A stretch of 64,000 nucleotides of DNA from an uncultured delta proteobacterium (GTDB lineage: Bacteria > Myxococcota_A > Polyangia > Polyangiales > Polyangiaceae), in the NCBI GenBank assembly GCA_963782055.1, contig CAWAIF010000003.1, forward strand, positions 736,001-800,000. The letters run 5' to 3'. Of the stretch, positions 62,736 to 64,000 are shown one piece after another (position 1 is the stretch's first letter; each line of letters starts with the position of its first letter). The notes beneath the pieces were generated by a model. It was not told where the DNA came from. It worked only from the letters and a program-made list of their open reading frames with translations, and did not search any database. The position numbers were made by a program, and so were the translations under genes.

Positions 62736-62928
62736 GTGAAGACCGGCGATTGCGGCACCGGACTTCTGCGCGATGCAAGGCGTGCTCACGTCGCGCACGC
62801 GCCGCGGCGCTACGCGTCTCTCGCTCGTCGCTGCCTCCTCCGAAATGTCGATGGACCGCCTGTTGCTTGGGGGACCGCGACCGTCCGCACGCCGCGGCAA
62901 CAGTGCGAAAGGGACAGGGAGGTTCGAC

Positions 62929-64000
62929 ATGGCCATCAAAGAGTACAAGCCTGGAAGCGCGTTTCCCGGTGTGATCGGGCGGACCTTCGACGTCTCCAGC
63001 CCGGCGTGGCCCATGCCGCGGCGGGCGAAGGCGGGCGCGCCGAACGTGCTGTTTCTGGTGCTGGACGACACCGGCTTCGGACAGCTGGGCTGTTATGGAA
63101 GCCCCATCTCCACGCCGAACATCGACGCCCTCGCGAAGAACGGGCTGTTCTTCAACAACATGCACACGACCGCGCTCTGCTCGCCGACGCGCACGTGCAT
63201 CATCACCGGGCGCAACCACCACTCCAACGCGATGTCGTGCATCACCGAGGGCTCCACCGGATATCCCGGCGCCAACGGGTACATCCCCTTCGAGAACGGG
63301 TTCCTCTCCGAGATCCTCCTGGAGCACGGCTACAACACCTTCGCGCTCGGCAAGTGGCACCTGACGCCGGCGGATCAGCTGTCGGCGGCCGGCCCCTACG
63401 ACCGCTGGCCGCTCGGCCGGGGCTTCGAGCGCTACTACGGCTTCCTCGGCGGCGACACGCACCAGTACTACCCCGAGCTCGTCTACGACAACCACACCGT
63501 GGAGCCGGAGAAGACGCCCAAGGAGGGCTACCACCTGACCGTGGATCTGGTGGACAAGGCCATCGGCTTCATCGCCGACGCCAAGCAGATCGCTCCGGAC
63601 AAGCCCTTCTTCCTGTACTTCTGCCCCGGCGCCACGCACGCGCCGCACCACGTCCCCAAGGAGTGGGCCGACAGGTACAAGGGCAAGTTCGACGCCGGCT
63701 GGGACGCGTATCGCGAGAAGACCTTCGCGCGGCAGAAGGAGCTCGGCGTCGTCCCGAAGGACGCGGTGCTCTCGCGGCACGACCCGGACGTCCCCGACTG
63801 GGAGACGCTGTCGGCGGACGAGAAGAAGCTCTACGCGCGCATGATGGAGGTGTTCGCGGGCTTCCTCACCCACACCGACTTCCACGTCGGGCGGCTGTTC
63901 GAGTTCCTCAAGTCGATCGGCGAGTGGGAAAACACGCTGATCATGCTCATCTCCGACAACGGCGCGAGCTCCGAAGGCGGGCCCACGGGCTCGGTCAACG
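62929..64000 (+). CDS. Arylsulfatase (Cys-type), 3' partial
   Basis: PNVLFLVLDDTGFG, TPNIDALA, LCSPTR, GKWH and SDNG. GGGAGG SD upstream. Runs off the window end. Confidence 0.93.
   Translation, partial: MAIKEYKPGSAFPGVIGRTFDVSSPAWPMPRRAKAGAPNVLFLVLDDTGFGQLGCYGSPISTPNIDALAKNGLFFNNMHTTALCSPTRTCIITGRNHHSNAMSCITEGSTGYPGANGYIPFENGFLSEILLEHGYNTFALGKWHLTPADQLSAAGPYDRWPLGRGFERYYGFLGGDTHQYYPELVYDNHTVEPEKTPKEGYHLTVDLVDKAIGFIADAKQIAPDKPFFLYFCPGATHAPHHVPKEWADRYKGKFDAGWDAYREKTFARQKELGVVPKDAVLSRHDPDVPDWETLSADEKKLYARMMEVFAGFLTHTDFHVGRLFEFLKSIGEWENTLIMLISDNGASSEGGPTGSVN

Overview
High-GC bacterial DNA with a Myxococcota (Polyangiales-like) gene repertoire: many Asp/Ala/Gly-linker lipoproteins, an FHA-sigma54 activator and a Ser/Thr kinase-ATPase-TPR protein. 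The taxonomy is inferred from gene content only. 1-36.5 kb holds housekeeping and signalling genes (rhomboid, GAF-GGDEF cyclase, M16 peptidase pair, glgC, xdhC, ald, leuB-like, glmS, dtd), secreted lipoproteins and a small accessory cluster with a frameshifted metzincin. 36.6-59.3 kb is an ~11 kb tandem duplication whose copies alternate between clearly diverged and near-identical tracts. The copies carry reciprocal internal deletions in different genes and oppositely oriented REP-like elements, and they join inside an srfC-family gene. The right end encodes an atypical Srf-like operon (GrpE-like protein, SrfA-like, SrfC dynamin-like GTPase, Sel1 membrane protein) with no srfB, then a DUF4136 lipoprotein and a partial arylsulfatase. 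I saw no rRNA, tRNA, CRISPR, integrase or transposase. All family calls come from motif recognition by eye, not from database searches.
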